DNA from: Octopus sinensis
Taxonomy: Eukaryota
Direction of reading: 5' to 3'
Length of the DNA stretch: 64,000 nucleotides
Assembly: GCF_006345805.1 (NCBI RefSeq)
Contig: NC_043001.1
Location: 85,188,001 to 85,252,000, forward strand
The position numbers were made by a program, and so were the translations under genes. Every line of letters starts with the position of its first letter. Positions within the stretch are counted from its first letter, which is position 1. Below, piece by piece: positions 13,607 through 25,296 of this stretch. A model generated the notes under the pieces. The model did no database searches, was not told the origin of the DNA, and saw only the letters and a list, made by a program, of their open reading frames with translations.

Positions 13607-13898
13607 TGGAGGCGCAATGGCCACAGTGGACTCGCGGTTGTAGGATCGCGGTTTCGATTCCCAGACCGGGCGTTGTGAGTGTTTATTGAGCGAAAACACC
13701 TAAAACTCCACGAGGCTCCGGCGGGGGGGGGGCATCCCTGCTGTACTCTGTCGCCACAAATTTCTCTCACTGTCTCTTCTGTTGGCCTGCTTGCTTAGCC
13801 AGCGGGATGACGTCATTTGAAGGTTAAAACAATGCGAAGCGCATTGTGACCAGCGATGTGTAGCAACATCTGAGAGGTTGGGTGATCACGGTTATCAC
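13607..13898 (+). mobile_element. tRNA-derived SINE family C; related copies at ~26648-26912 (+), ~29795-30060 (+) and ~9085-9302 (-)
   Basis: TGGAGGCGC head, GTTTCGATTCCC B-box, shared body segments between copies. Confidence 0.7.
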
Positions 13899-15297
13899 TA
13901 CACGATTGTAGTGTAAATAAGTATCGTCATAAATAGTGGTGATACTACACTAATTGGCAACGAGTAACTTCGTTACAATAGAAGTTTTGAACCACGACCT
14001 AAAAATCACTCTACATGTGAGTCTGACGTTCTATGTATGAAAAGTAGTCTTAGAGAAGAAGTGAACGCGGCTCTTGTGAAAATTGAAATGGTGCATTAGC
14101 TTATATACCGCTTTATTTCTTATGTCACATTTTTAACTATACGTCTTGGTTGAATTCACGCATGCACATTAGTAGAACAATATATAGTTAATTGGATTAA
14201 ATTCTGTTATTTCTGGTATATAAAAAGATTCATTGAGACGATAACAAATAAAAATGTCACCAGACAAATGTTCGCCTATTGCAGATCATGCAATCATTAT
14301 TCACATATAATGAAGAACGAATAACAAGCAAATGCATGAATCTTATTCGTCGATAAACAAAAAAAAACAATTACAAGAATAACTGGACTTAAAGAAAGTA
14401 AACATCTTCCAGAAGCATATGATAATAGCCTCTCATAGTTCGAAAAAGACGGTTCTGGAAGGTCTTGTTAACATGCAGAAATGACTTGCTTGCAGTGAAC
14501 AAATGTATGGGCTTAAAGAGTAAGACCAGTGATTCTGAGGAAAAAGTGGTAGTTGATTAGACCGAACTTTGCACTAGACTGGTATTTTGCCTAAACCACA
14601 CCAGAGGCGTGTAAAATGAAGAACATACCGGTTTTAGAACTCAGAATATAAACGGCCTGGAGAAATACCGCGAGGTATTTTTATTTCGGCGACTGTCTAA
14701 CGATTATTTCAGCTCGCTGCCATTGTAAACGCTAATGTAATAAAAGTTATAAGTTTTAGTCATAAAACTCCATCTAGTAAGTGAAATATCTTCGTGAGCA
14801 CAATAAACTTTGAAGATAATCAATAATAGGAATCTATTACCTATAACTACGAAAGGAGAAGACACGAACGAAGATTGTTTTCTATTTTCATTGAAACCAA
14901 CAATAGGTTGCACATACAGGAATGAATTATAGACTAATTACAGAGTAACAAACCTCTAACACCTCAAGCGAATTGAAGTCATCAGAAATCTTTTTAAAAC
15001 ATAAGGAAACTATTCATAAACCACAGAAATCCTACATAAAATACGAAATTACTACTCTCTTGTTAAGAAAAGAAATATGTTCGTATATAAACAGAACAAC
15101 GCCAGGAAAAGTGGCGGAAAGTTAAATTTTCATGGACATAAATATGGCGGTATGGCTAACATGTTTCTATTGGACCAACATGATTCTAGATTCTGTACTT
15201 ATGCACACTACGTGTTTCACCATAGTTACAGTTTCACTAATGTCCTTTTCAGCATTATAGAAGAAGGTTATGAAGGTGTCCCTCATATATATATATA

Positions 15298-16886
15298 CAG
15301 TTGCGGCCAAAATGTTCAGAACGGCATTGTTTTCGTCAGAAAAGTAGGTATAAGTTTTTATCAAAGTTGTTTTATATTTTATAATTTTCACAGACAATAA
15401 ATACGATATGATTTGTTGTTGTCTGAGATTTTGGTTTAATTTGAGAGGATCCATACAAAAGTTATGGATGATTTAGTAATTTACTGCAAAACCCATGGTG
15501 GCCAAAAGGATCAGAACGGTTGCTTTTACTCCATGTTTTAGTATATTTAACCGTCGAACTCTAATGTTTTGAATTTGTTTACGTGACAGTTCGTTTACTA
15601 AACATTAGTAAGAATATCTGCAGTGTAGTTTGTTAATATAATGCCACTTACTCCGTTACCAATTCGTCAGCAGATTATTAAGCTTCAATAGAAGGATAAT
15701 TTAAGTATTAGGTCTATTGCAAAGATTGTTAACAAGTCAAAAAGTGTTGTTCATGGTATTCTTAAGGTCTACGATGATTGTGGTTCGTGTGAAGCAAGAA
15801 AGTCTACAGGTAGGCCAAGAAAAACGACCAAGAGAGAAGATCGTGCTATGGTAAAGTTGGTTAAAAAGGACAGATTTAAAACTGCTGCTGCTGTTTTTCG
15901 AGAAATGAGCATTGCACTGAAGAAAACTTTATCTCGAAAAACTGTGACTCGTCGTTTAGTTGAACATGACCTACAAGCAAGAGCATCTGCAGTGAAGCCA
16001 CTGATCAGCTCCAAGAATAAAAAGTGTCGTCTTACCTTTGCAACCGAACATGTGTTCTGGTCTCAAGAAAAATGGCAAACGGTGCATTTCAGTGATGAAT
16101 CTAAGTCTATGTTATTTGGCTCAGATGGGAAAAGGTACGTTTGTCGAAAAGCAGGTGAAAAATTGTCATCTAAATGCCTTAAGACTAGTGTTAAATTCGG
16201 TGGAGGAAGTGTCATGGTTTGGGGGATGATATCTGGAGATGCTGTGGGCCCTTTGCTGCGATTACATGGAAAGGTAAATGAAGGAGTTTATAAACAACTT
16301 GTAAAAGATCATGTCTTGCCTGTGCTGAGAAATTCAACTCAGCGACCACCCATATTCATGCAGGACAATGCCCCATGTCACAAGGCTAAGGTGGTCATGA
16401 ACTTCCTCAAGGCTGAAAAGGTTATTGTTATGGATTGGCCTGCTCAAAGCCCAGACCTCAATCCTATTGAAAATGTGTGGAATATTCTAGGAGAACGTTT
16501 GAAAACCAGAAATCCTAAAACAACCGAGCAATTATGGAACGCCCTTCAGGAAGAATGGAATAAGATCACCCAGCAAGAAATTGAAAATTTAATTTCCCCA
16601 TGCACACTAAATATGAAATAATTCCAGCATTCTCTGGCACTTTTTTTCTTATTTTGTTATTTTTTCAACCGTTCTGATCATATTGGCCACCATGGGTTTT
16701 GCAGTAAATCACTATATCATCCATAACTTTTGTATTATCCACTCAAATTACACCAAAATCTCAGACAATACCAATTAATACCGTCGTTATTGTTTGTGAA
16801 CATTACAGAATATAAAACTTTAATAAAAACTTATTCCTACTTTTCTGACAAAAACAATGCCGTTCTGAATATTTTGGCCGCAAATG
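15298..16886 (+). mobile_element. Near full-length Tc1-family DNA transposon of IR-DR type
   Basis: TA-flanked. TIRs of ~220-225 bp (15298-15522 and 16666-16886) start CAGTTGCGGCC, each with an outer and an inner GGCCAA...TCAGAACGG direct repeat. Confidence 0.95.
15641..16621 (+). pseudogene. Tc1 DD34E transposase with a premature stop and a C-terminal deletion
   Basis: ATG at 15641 is in frame with ORF 15848-16621, but TAG falls at codon 17 (15689-15691). GRPR, FSDES, QDNAPCH and SPDLNPIE present, with 34 residues between the second D and E. Terminal HTKY is out of frame after IENLIS. Confidence 0.92.
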
Positions 16887-17299
16887 TATACACAGAAAAA
16901 ACAAGGAGAGAAAAAAATGCGTGTAGGAGCTAACGATCTATCATGGCGTCCTGACTTCGGACAGTGGTCAGACTTGTTTTTTTCTGTGTATCTTTTTGTC
17001 GAAGAGCGTAGGTTCGAAACGTGAAAGACTTTTTCTATTTCTATTCCTGAGCGCTATACTAATACATTTGTTTGTTTGTACTCCACCTGCCTTCGTCTTT
17101 TGTTTATTTTCGTAAACTTTCCCGTTATATATGTATACATATATATATATGTATATATATGTATATATGTATATATATATGAATATATATATATGTATAT
17201 ATGTATATATATATATGTATATATGTGTATATATATATATATGTATATATAAATGTATATATGTATATATATATATGTATATATGTATTATATACATAT

Positions 17300-17833
17300 G
17301 AGAAGGATGACCACTATGTGGACAACCCTTATGCTAGATGTAGATCCGCTAAAAAATGTTCTCAAGAAAAAGTTAGCAAACACCAGCACGTATTCGAGCA
17401 AGACAAAAGAAAAACAGTAAAAATATGAATTATTCACATACATGTTTCACTATTAACATGTTACGTAATTTTACTGACGCAATTTATCCGTAGATCTTCG
17501 GTGTAACCGTCTAAACAAATATGATTTGCAGAACTATATACTAGGACGTCCACACAAAGTCGAATCTGTATATAGTTCTACCTATAACACTCGTTGTTAC
17601 TATTCAAATGTCTTTGTTTCGGCGCGCTAAATTACTGGAAAAATAACACTGCAGAAAATAATTTACTCCAGTGGCTTTTGTCGGTTAGAGAATGTATTAA
17701 TTTAAATTTAAATTTAAAATGACAAAGTGGATGTTAATTTAATTAAATTTTTCTTCAGAACATTTCTTAGTGGTAAGACCATAGCGGATCTACTTCTAGC
17801 ATAAGGGTTGTCCACATAGTGGTCATCCATCTC
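17300..17833. mobile_element. MITE with GAG...CTC termini and ATAT target duplication (Sola-like)
   Basis: ~52-bp TIR GAGAAGGATGACCACTATGTGGACAACCCTTATGCTAGA..TAGATCCGCTA and its reverse complement at 17782-17833. ATAT on both sides. Confidence 0.8.
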
Positions 17834-17889
17834 ATATGTATATAATACAATTTACTGAACCTTCAGATTTTTTTATGCTAGACCACTGG

Positions 17890-18480
17890 TGTGAAACTGA
17901 TGTCAACACGGGATTTGCGGTTGCTTTCGGAAAATTCATGTGGCACCCATTTTCCAAGTTTAGGAACCTTTCCATGTTATTGAAGAGATGACGATGAACA
18001 GTTGTATGGTTTGAACAAAGCGTTATTGCCAATGCTTCAACTGATAATGCAGGATGTTCTTCAAGTAATGCCTTAAGGTGCTTATCATCAAACTCAACTG
18101 GACCTCCTGTTCGATCTTCATCTGCAAGGCTGAAATCTCCACTTCTGAATTTTGCAAACCTTCTTCTGCAAGTTCCTTCATTCAAGTATTCTTTCCCATA
18201 AACTGAGTGTATGTTTCGAGTCGCTTCGGCTGCAGAGTTTCCTTTTTTGTACTCATAAAGCATTATGTGCCGCAAATGCTCTTTGGATAATTCCATGTTA
18301 GAAAGGGTTTTAATCAAAGAAACTTTAATTCTATTATTCTGTAAAATAATATTTAATTATTTTAAATGTACACAAATGCATAAAAACAATTTTAAATTCC
18401 ATTAGACATTCTAAAATACTATTAAATTTCATTCAATTTTAAAAAAGGTAAAATCGGACAAAACTTACGGGATTACCTGA
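17890..18480 (-). mobile_element. Mariner (Mos1-like) 5' half: TIR plus truncated transposase
   Basis: TA|TCAGGTAATCCCGTAAGTTTTGTCCG TIR at 18480. ATG at 18296 gives an HTH region, MELSKEHLRHIMLYEYKKGNSAAEATRNI. Frameshifted WVPHEF (WVPHEL motif) near 17930-17950. Confidence 0.88.
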
Positions 18481-18559
18481 TACATGAATAGCAGACTAGA
18501 AACATAAAATTTGGAGAGTGTACACAAACGAGATATTTTATATTTACCACGAACGATCA

Positions 18560-19514
18560 CATACAATGGTAAAATGAACATCCTCTAACAGTGTGGGAAT
18601 TTATGGAAATCGCTAACCCAGCTGAATCGGTCCACAAAATTATCTCTGAAATGTCCTATAAATTTCATCAATCGAACAGCTGATAAAAGCAATCATGCTT
18701 ATCATATTTATATTGCTTATCTCAATCATTTTTCAATATTCTTTGTAATTTATGTATCCTTGCTTATACCATAACGACGAAATACAAATGACTATAATCA
18801 TTCTATTTCATTGAATTTATCTAATGTGATTATTTTCTTATCTATTAGCTATAACCCAGTTATATTTACGTTAGGATTCTCATTCTTATCTCAATATATT
18901 TTCACATCTATCTCTTCTTACTTCCGACGGTCATTTTCATGCTATTTTAATAATTTATTAAATCTTAATTCCTGAATTTGCTTCTTAAATGGTCAAATGG
19001 GACCCAATATGAAATCTCTACGCCGTTAGTTACTTAAAAGCTATTTTACTCTATTTTATATATACCCACTATTCAATAGTACTCTGAATTCATCGATAAA
19101 TGTTTCTCAGTCAAGTAGTTATTCGGGTTGGAGGGAAGGAAGATACTATTGCAATCCCATTAAAAACCTTTCTCCTTCTACAATTGTTTTCCTATATATA
19201 ATTTACCAAAATAATTTTATTCTGTACTTCTATTACTTTATGTGGCAATATTCCTCTGATATATTCTTTACTGGTTTCAGTCATTTGACTGTGGCCATGC
19301 TGGGGCACCGTCTATAGTCGAGCAAATCGCCCCCAGGACTTATTCTTTGTAAACCTAGTACTTATTCTATCGGTCTGTTTTGCTGAACCGCTAAGTTACA
19401 GGGACGTAAACACACCAGCATCGTTGTCAAGCGATGATGGGGGAACAAATACAGACACACATACATATATATATATTTATATATATGTCTGTGTGTATTT
19501 ATGTATATATATAT

Positions 19515-19545
<31 letters not shown>

Positions 19546-20140
19546 CATAAATAAGACGGGCTTTTTTCGGTTTCCGTCTACCAAATTCACTCACAAGGCT
19601 TTGTTCGGTCCGAGGCTATAGCATAAGACACAGTGGGACTGAACCCGGAAACATGTGGTTGGTAAGCAAGCTACTTACCATACAGCCACTCCTACGCTTG
19701 ATATATTCGCCAAAGCTGTACCTTAATTTCAGGTTAACCCCACTAGCTTTTTTAATTCAATTTCATTTATAATTTAATTGTAATTTGGTTTTAGTTGCCG
19801 ATAATCTTGCATCCTTCTATGTTAATACATTGCTTTGCACATTCTCAACACTTCATCATTACAATCACTTTTGTTATTTGAATGGTCTATAAATTATTAA
19901 CCCATTTAATTTTGTGTAAATTATAGGTACCTGAAAATATCTTGCAACCTCAACTGGTTTCCTATAGGGGTGGTATAATCTAGAGTTATTGTCAAAAACG
20001 GTATCTAAAGAATTTACTACCTTTGTGCCATATCCATACGTAATTCCTAAGTTAAGGCTTTTAAGAAATTTTCTAATTCTTTTTCTCATCCTTTCTACGA
20101 CTGATTTGTTGTTCCTAAGGATGATAAATAGAGCAGAGTG
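18560..20140 (-). mobile_element. Degenerate Penelope-like element fragment, interrupted by a SINE
   Basis: ORF 19874-20089 (LGIT...KVVNSLDTVFD...YHPYRKP) resembles the PLE RT VNFLD..Y.PY.KP region. Decayed GIY-YIG-like pieces near 18980-19200. Boundaries approximate. Confidence 0.55.
19262..19697 (-). mobile_element. SINE family A copy
   Basis: Reverse-complement homologue of 2144-2482 with an internal (TA)n tract. Confidence 0.82.
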
Positions 20141-20368
20141 ATGCCAAAATATATATGTATATATGTTTGTGTGTGCTTCTGTGTGTGTGTGTGTGAGTGT
20201 GTATTCTAATCTGATCGTATTATGTATACTTCAGTAAATTCTCTGTTGTTTTCGACAAAATGACAAGATCCCCAGTGCCACATGATTAACCCCGAATTAT
20301 TATATATATATAATTATACATACATGTATATATATATATGTATATATATATATATAAATAATATATAT

Positions 20369-20426
<58 letters not shown>

Positions 20427-20508
20427 TATACATACAGAGAGACAGAGAGAGATAGGCAGATAGACAGATAGACAGATACATAGATAGATAGGTAGATAGA
20501 TAGATAGG

Positions 20509-20548
<40 letters not shown>

Positions 20549-20626
20549 AAGATAGATAGAAACACAGGCAGATAGATGCATTCATACGTACATTTGTGTG
20601 CATGCGTTTGTATGTGATCGCTTTCG

Positions 20627-20660
<34 letters not shown>

Positions 20661-20984
20661 AACTTATTCTACGTTGATTATGGAGCACACAGTATATATA
20701 TTTATCAAAACTAAATTATAGAAATAAATTTTAAGAAAAATGACATCAATATATCAAATAAGACTTCACATAAGAACATCATATGCTCCACTGCAGCTAC
20801 TTAAGGCCTTTTTGATTTATTATTACATTGCTATTACTTTCTAAATCTTGTTTGAATATAATAATACCCAGATTTCAGTTCGTTAATTAGCATCATATTC
20901 GTGCATCTGAAGGAATGCTTTCAGTTTGACATCCTCAGGGATATTACAATACAATAAGTCATTATAGACATATGTCACTGTAGC

Positions 20985-20994
20985 CGTAGTAGTA

Positions 20995-21038
<44 letters not shown>

Positions 21039-21153
21039 ATAGGAATACTACTACTACTACTACTACTCATTACTGCAGGGAAAATATTGTAATAATAACG
21101 ATAATGGAAATAATAATACCAATACTACTACTATTACTACTACTAAAACAACA

Positions 21154-21184
<31 letters not shown>

Positions 21185-21392
21185 TACTTCTACTACTACT
21201 ACTACTATTACTACTACTACTACTACTAATAATAATAATATAATAATAATAAGAAGAAGAAGAAGAAGAAGAAGGAGAAGAAGAAGAAGAAGAGAAGAAG
21301 AAGAAGAAGAAGAAGAAGAAAAAGAAGAAGAAGAAGAAGAAGAAGAGAAGAATGATGATGATGATGATGATGATGATGATAATGATAATAAT
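20985..21392. repeat. Compound trinucleotide microsatellite (TAG)(CTA)(TAA)(GAA)(GAT)
   Basis: Directly visible. Confidence 0.95.
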
Positions 21393-21763
21393 TTTTTTTA
21401 TTGGCCGCAAGGGCCGAGCACAAAACAATACAATACCGTGTAAACAATAAGTAACGAAAATAATTCCCTGAACAATTCAACAATAAAAATACCCCAAAAG
21501 TGTGGAGTTCCTCACAGGGACAGCTGAGGAACCCCACACATTCTGGTTATCTCGACCGCCAGATGCACCTCAGCAGGTGCCACTCTCTTCAAACTCCTCT
21601 GCTAAACGAACGAAAGTTCAGAGTAGGTCAATTCACACGAGCCATCTTCGAAATATTCACCAACATTTCAACAAATTTACTGGGGGAGCAGAACTTCCCT
21701 CTCTACTTTCAATTTCCTTTTCAGATGGAACATGTAAAAGTCGATGAGAGTTTGACCAAAGAC
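21393..21763 (-). mobile_element. 3' fragment of a Tx1/L1-like LINE, same family as 61790-63490
   Basis: Minus strand GCTGAGGTGCATCTGGCGGTCGAGATAACCAGAATGTGTGGGGTTCCTC..GTCCCTGTGAGGAA matches 62838-62905. Ends CCAATAAAAAAAA. Confidence 0.75.
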
Positions 21764-22030
<267 letters not shown>

Positions 22031-22031
22031 T

Positions 22032-23712
22032 AGGCAGTTCATGGATTTACCAAAGAAATAGATATGAAATTTGGATTAGAAAAATACGCCAAAGTAACCA
22101 TGAAAAGAGGAAAACTAGTTAAGAGTAGCAACATCATACTAGATAAAACCAATGAAATAAAAGAATTAGACCAAAGCTAAACTTACAAATACTTAGGAAT
22201 GCATGAACTAGATAAGACACAACACGCACAAATGAAAGAGAAAATGAAAAAAGAATATTATAGACGAGTTAGATCAATACTAAAAACAGAGCTCAATGCT
22301 AAAAACAAGATAATTGGTATCAACACTTTAGCTGTCCCAGTTATAAGTTACAGCTACAATATCCTTAACTGGACACTAAATGAACTGACCAAAATAGATA
22401 GGAAAACAAGAAAAATAATGACAGGATCTAGGATGCATCACCCAAAATCTGACATAGAAAGACTATATATACAACGTATAGAAGGTGGTAGAGGCCTTAT
22501 ACAGCTGGAAAACTACTATAAAATAACCACCATAGGACTGCAAAAATATCTACTTCAGAAGGAAGGAAAACTGATACAAATAGCGGCCAACACGAGCAAA
22601 ACAAAAAACTGTTCTCAGTATATAAGGAAGCTGACAAATACAAACAAGAAATCATACCACCTAAAAAATATGAAGAAGAAGAAGAAGAAGAAGAAGAAGA
22701 AGAAGAAGAAGAAGAAGAAGAAGAAGAAGAAGAAGCAGAAGAAGAAGAAGAAGAAGAAGAAGAAGAAGAAGAAAATAAAGAAACAACAAAAGCTATAAAA
22801 CAAATGAAATCCAAACTAAAAGTAGAACAGCAACGAACCATGATAAAACGATGGCAAGAAAATCCCCTTCATGGTAAATACTGGACTAAACTAAACGCAA
22901 AAGAAATAGACAAATAAAAATCCCAGCAGTGGTTGAGAAGCTCAGGACTCAAAGCAGAGACAGAGGGATTTTTAATTGCAGCACAAGACCAAAGCCTCCA
23001 CACCAGAAATTACCAAAAACATGTAATGAAAAGAAATATAACAAGTAACTGCAGAATATGTGGAGATGAACAAGAAACAATAAATCATATTATCTCTAGC
23101 TGCCCAGTCCTGGCTAAGAAGGAATATATTCGCAGACATGACAGAGTTGGAACCTACATAAATTGGAAGCTATGCCAACAGTATGGAATAACAACAGAAA
23201 AAAGATGGTATAGGCACACACCAGAAAAGGTTACAGAAAACAAGAAAGCAACCATACTCTGGGATATGTCGATACACACAGATAGAGAAATTAAGGCCAA
23301 CAGACCAGATATAGTTGTCAGAGATCATGAAGAAAAAAAATGCTTTCTAATTGATGTATCAATACCGGCAGATGACAACGTGTCTCTAAAAGAAATGGAG
23401 AAACTTTCAAAATACAAAGACCTGGAAATAGAGGTAACCAGAATGTGGAATCTAAAAACAGAAACAATTCCTGTCATAGTAGGTGCATTAGGCATGATAA
23501 AAAATATTCAAACAAATACATAACAAAAACACCAGGATTTACAAACACATATAACATCCAGAAAATTGCACTACTAGGCACTGCACACATCCTACGCAGA
23601 ACACTTTCCATACAATAACCATCAGAGCATCACAACAAATCACAGTACATACCCAAGGCACACAGAGCTGCGCTCGGTAGTGAAGTGAAAGCACGATATA
23701 AAAAAAAAAATA

Positions 23713-23716
<4 letters not shown>
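22032..23716 (+). mobile_element. R4/Dong-like RLE non-LTR retrotransposon, family 1, 5'-truncated
   Basis: YKYLG, HPKSDIERLY..R..GGRGL, CCHC knuckle (CRICG..ETINHIISSC), RHD, RPDIVV, IDVSIP and EKLSKY motifs. Contains stops and frameshifts. (TAA)n on both sides. Confidence 0.92.
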
Positions 23717-23809
<93 letters not shown>

Positions 23810-23827
23810 TAATAATAATAATAATAA

Positions 23828-24382
23828 ATGCCCTGATGCAGTACCAGGCAGTGGCTCTCATGGCTTCTGATCGTAACTGATTGGAAGTGTTATCATGTAC
23901 ATTGTTTTGTCTTGGTATAAAAGATGGGGTACAGCAAATATTCTGCTCAATACCACAGATTTGCTTGTCAGTTGTTTGACCTTAACCAGTTGAGCATGTC
24001 CCTTAATGGCTGACGATATGTGCATCTCTGATCACGAGCAGAAGTAGTGGGGAGCATCGTAGCCATGTGTTGAGAGGGATTCTTTGGGGTTTGAATAGTT
24101 CACCTCTGGAAACATGGGTGGTTCTTTCAACATCTTTAAACAACCCTTATTCAGGGACCGTTTGAGCGGGATGGGCTACTCAACCTGAAAAAAATTCTAA
24201 CTGGGCCCCACCTGCAAGGTCATGTGCTGTTTATCTTGATATGAGATCACCATGTCGCGCACATATGGTTGTGACGCATGTGCCTGGTGTACCTTTATCA
24301 GACGGCTAGTCATGATGGGTATATTGGGCTTCGTATATTTTACCCCAGTGTCACTTTGATGGCATGAACTGCTCTCTCACTC
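23828..24382 (+). mobile_element. ~555-bp non-coding interspersed element embedded in (TAA)n, copy 1
   Basis: ATGCCCTGATGCAGTACC...GCTCTCTCACTC. Homologous copies at 42347-42902 (-) and 61330-61759 (-). Confidence 0.85.
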
Positions 24383-24402
24383 AATGATAATAATAATATA
24401 AT

Positions 24403-24476
<74 letters not shown>

Positions 24477-24489
24477 TAATAATAATAAA

Positions 24490-25296
24490 AGAAAAGAAGA
24501 TAAGACAAACAGAGAAAAAAGATGGCTGTGGATGACTAAAAGTGATTTAAACCCGGAAACGGTGGTTCTAATCTGTGCTGCCTAAGAGCAAGCACTAAGA
24601 ACAAACTACATAAAATACAGAATAGACAATACAGCAGAATTTGATAAGTGCAGAAACTGTGGACAAAACGGTGAAACCGTATGGCATATTACCAGCCAAT
24701 GTACGCCACTAGCCCAGAAGGAATATAAGAGACGCCACGAACAATATAGCCAGGCTTCTTCATTGGACACTCTATAACAATTATAGCCTTGGCAGAGCAA
24801 AAAAATTGTACGACCACAAACCTGAGAACATCGTCGAAAATAGAAATGCAAAGATCCTTATGGGATTTTATGATTCAGTGCGACCATGAGATAGAGAATA
24901 GGAAGCCGAACATAGTCTTAATTGAGAAAGAAAACATACTATGTTGGATCATAGATATGGCATTCTCAGCTAACAAAAAGGTATGCGATAAGGAAAAAGA
25001 TAAGTTGAGAGATATGACAAGTTAGCTTGGGAAGTTAAGCAATTGTGGTCGATGGAAAAGGTAGCAGTAGTACCAATAATTTTCGGAGCCCTGGGAACAG
25101 TGAGCAAAAATCTCGAGAAGTACGTGGAACAAATAGGGGCTGTAATAAGGGTGAAGCACTTGCAGAAAATGGTACTGCTTGGAACCGCTCGACTACTCCG
25201 TGAGGTGCTCTAAAAATAAGAGGTGTTACCTTAGTTCACTAGTAGTAAACAGCTGACCCTGCAGTACATCTCCAGCGTTAAAAGCTGTGCAAAGGC
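24490..25296 (+). mobile_element. R4/Dong-like family 2, 3' fragment
   Basis: WLWMTKSDLKPET, CRNCGQNGETVWHITSQC and RKPNIVLIEK. The 3' end matches 36406-36600. Preceded by (TAA)n. Confidence 0.88.

Noticed and set aside
13607-13665. tRNA-like A/B boxes here and at the other SINE heads
   Set aside because: No complete cloverleaf, and each continues into a repeated SINE body.
18600-18690. TTGATGA...CAGAGA hammerhead-like relic on the minus strand at the end of the Penelope fragment
   Set aside because: Both core boxes are mutated and the stems are unconvincing.
22199-22798. ORF ending in a long poly-Lys tail
   Set aside because: A frameshift upstream (~22585) puts the (GAA)n tract in the wrong frame. 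The native frame is poly-Glu within a dead LINE.
24062-24153. HDV-like ribozyme fold in the 555-bp element
   Set aside because: P1, P2 and P3-like pairings can be drawn, but the J4/2 C-x-A segment is missing and L3 is not conserved in copies 2 and 3. Kept only as generic structure.
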